The notes under the pieces: generated by a model | What the model was told of the DNA's origin: nothing | The model's input: the letters and a program-made list of their open reading frames with translations, nothing else | Databases searched by the model: none | Made by a program: the position numbers and the translations under genes | IMG/VR virus record: IMGVR_UViG_3300032067_000004 | Location: 1-46,488 of that record | DNA: 46,488 nt | Direction: 5' to 3' (one strand) | Source of the DNA: a virus | Taxonomy: Duplodnaviria; Caudoviricetes | Shown here: positions 46,259 through 46,488 of the stretch, one piece after another | How positions within the stretch are numbered: the first letter of the stretch is position 1 | Layout: each line of letters begins with the position of its first letter

Positions 46259-46291
46259 ACAGTTGACAATTTGTCAACTGTGTGATATATT
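46259..46291 (+). promoter_or_regulatory. Sigma70-type promoter with a perfect 11-bp-arm palindrome over the -35
   Basis: ACAGTTGACAA-T-TTGTCAACTGT; TTGACA-17-TATATT. Confidence 0.75.
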
Positions 46292-46300
46292 AACCTTACT

Positions 46301-46488
46301 ATGAAAATCCAACTCACCCTTGAACAAGTTCAATCTTACTCCCCTTGCTATACAGAGGAAGAGTTAAAATCTTTTTTTCCAAACAACGAACCCAGAGAAG
46401 TAACTTTAGAATCTCTTCTCTCACTTCCACTTCGGGATGCGGTATGGTTACTTTCTCATCTTCTTCCTCATACCTTGCGTGTCCAATG
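46301..46488 (+). CDS. 5' part of Ala/Trp-repeat protein copy A (continues at the window start)
   Basis: Identical to 691-878 apart from two substitutions. Confidence 0.8.
   Translation, partial: MKIQLTLEQVQSYSPCYTEEELKSFFPNNEPREVTLESLLSLPLRDAVWLLSHLLPHTLRVQ

Noticed and set aside
46439-46488. Biological terminal repeat of the virion DNA
   Set aside because: It is exactly 50 nt, falls mid-gene and lies within a duplicated sequence, so an assembly overlap is more likely. It also leaves completeness and copy number slightly uncertain.
1-46488. Integrase, CI repressor, ParA/ParB or phage RNA polymerase
   Set aside because: No ORF showed the corresponding motifs by eye; divergent versions among the hypotheticals cannot be excluded.

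Overview
The window looks like a complete or near-complete circularly permuted dsDNA bacteriophage genome of about 46.4 kb with podovirus-like organisation. The first 50 nt repeat at the end. A rightward early/replication arm runs from 42324 through the window join to 15976. It carries a MoxR/CobS-type AAA ATPase with a vWA-like partner, a duplicated Ala/Trp-repeat gene, a second AAA ATPase, GroES, an SNF2 helicase, a Cas4-like nuclease, a Sak4-like ATPase, an SSB, a Toprim-MCM primase-helicase fusion, a degenerate UDG, a divergent PolA and a RuvC-like resolvase. A leftward late arm (41470 to 15953) carries terminase, portal, holin, a GH75-like enzyme, scaffold, major capsid, adaptors, tail and internal virion proteins, and an orphan response regulator. 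The arms diverge from an 850-bp non-coding region packed with GGCACAC repeats. The strongest unexplained signal is a palindrome, TTGTnAnnTnACAA, found at least 37 times genome-wide and often exactly at gene junctions. A second over-represented word, CTACAGAAG, occurs at least 17 times. Together they suggest a genome-wide protein-binding system, either stoperator-like or genome-organising. No integrase, tRNA or CRISPR array was recognised. Protein calls come from motif reading by eye and counts are manual; no database searches were run.
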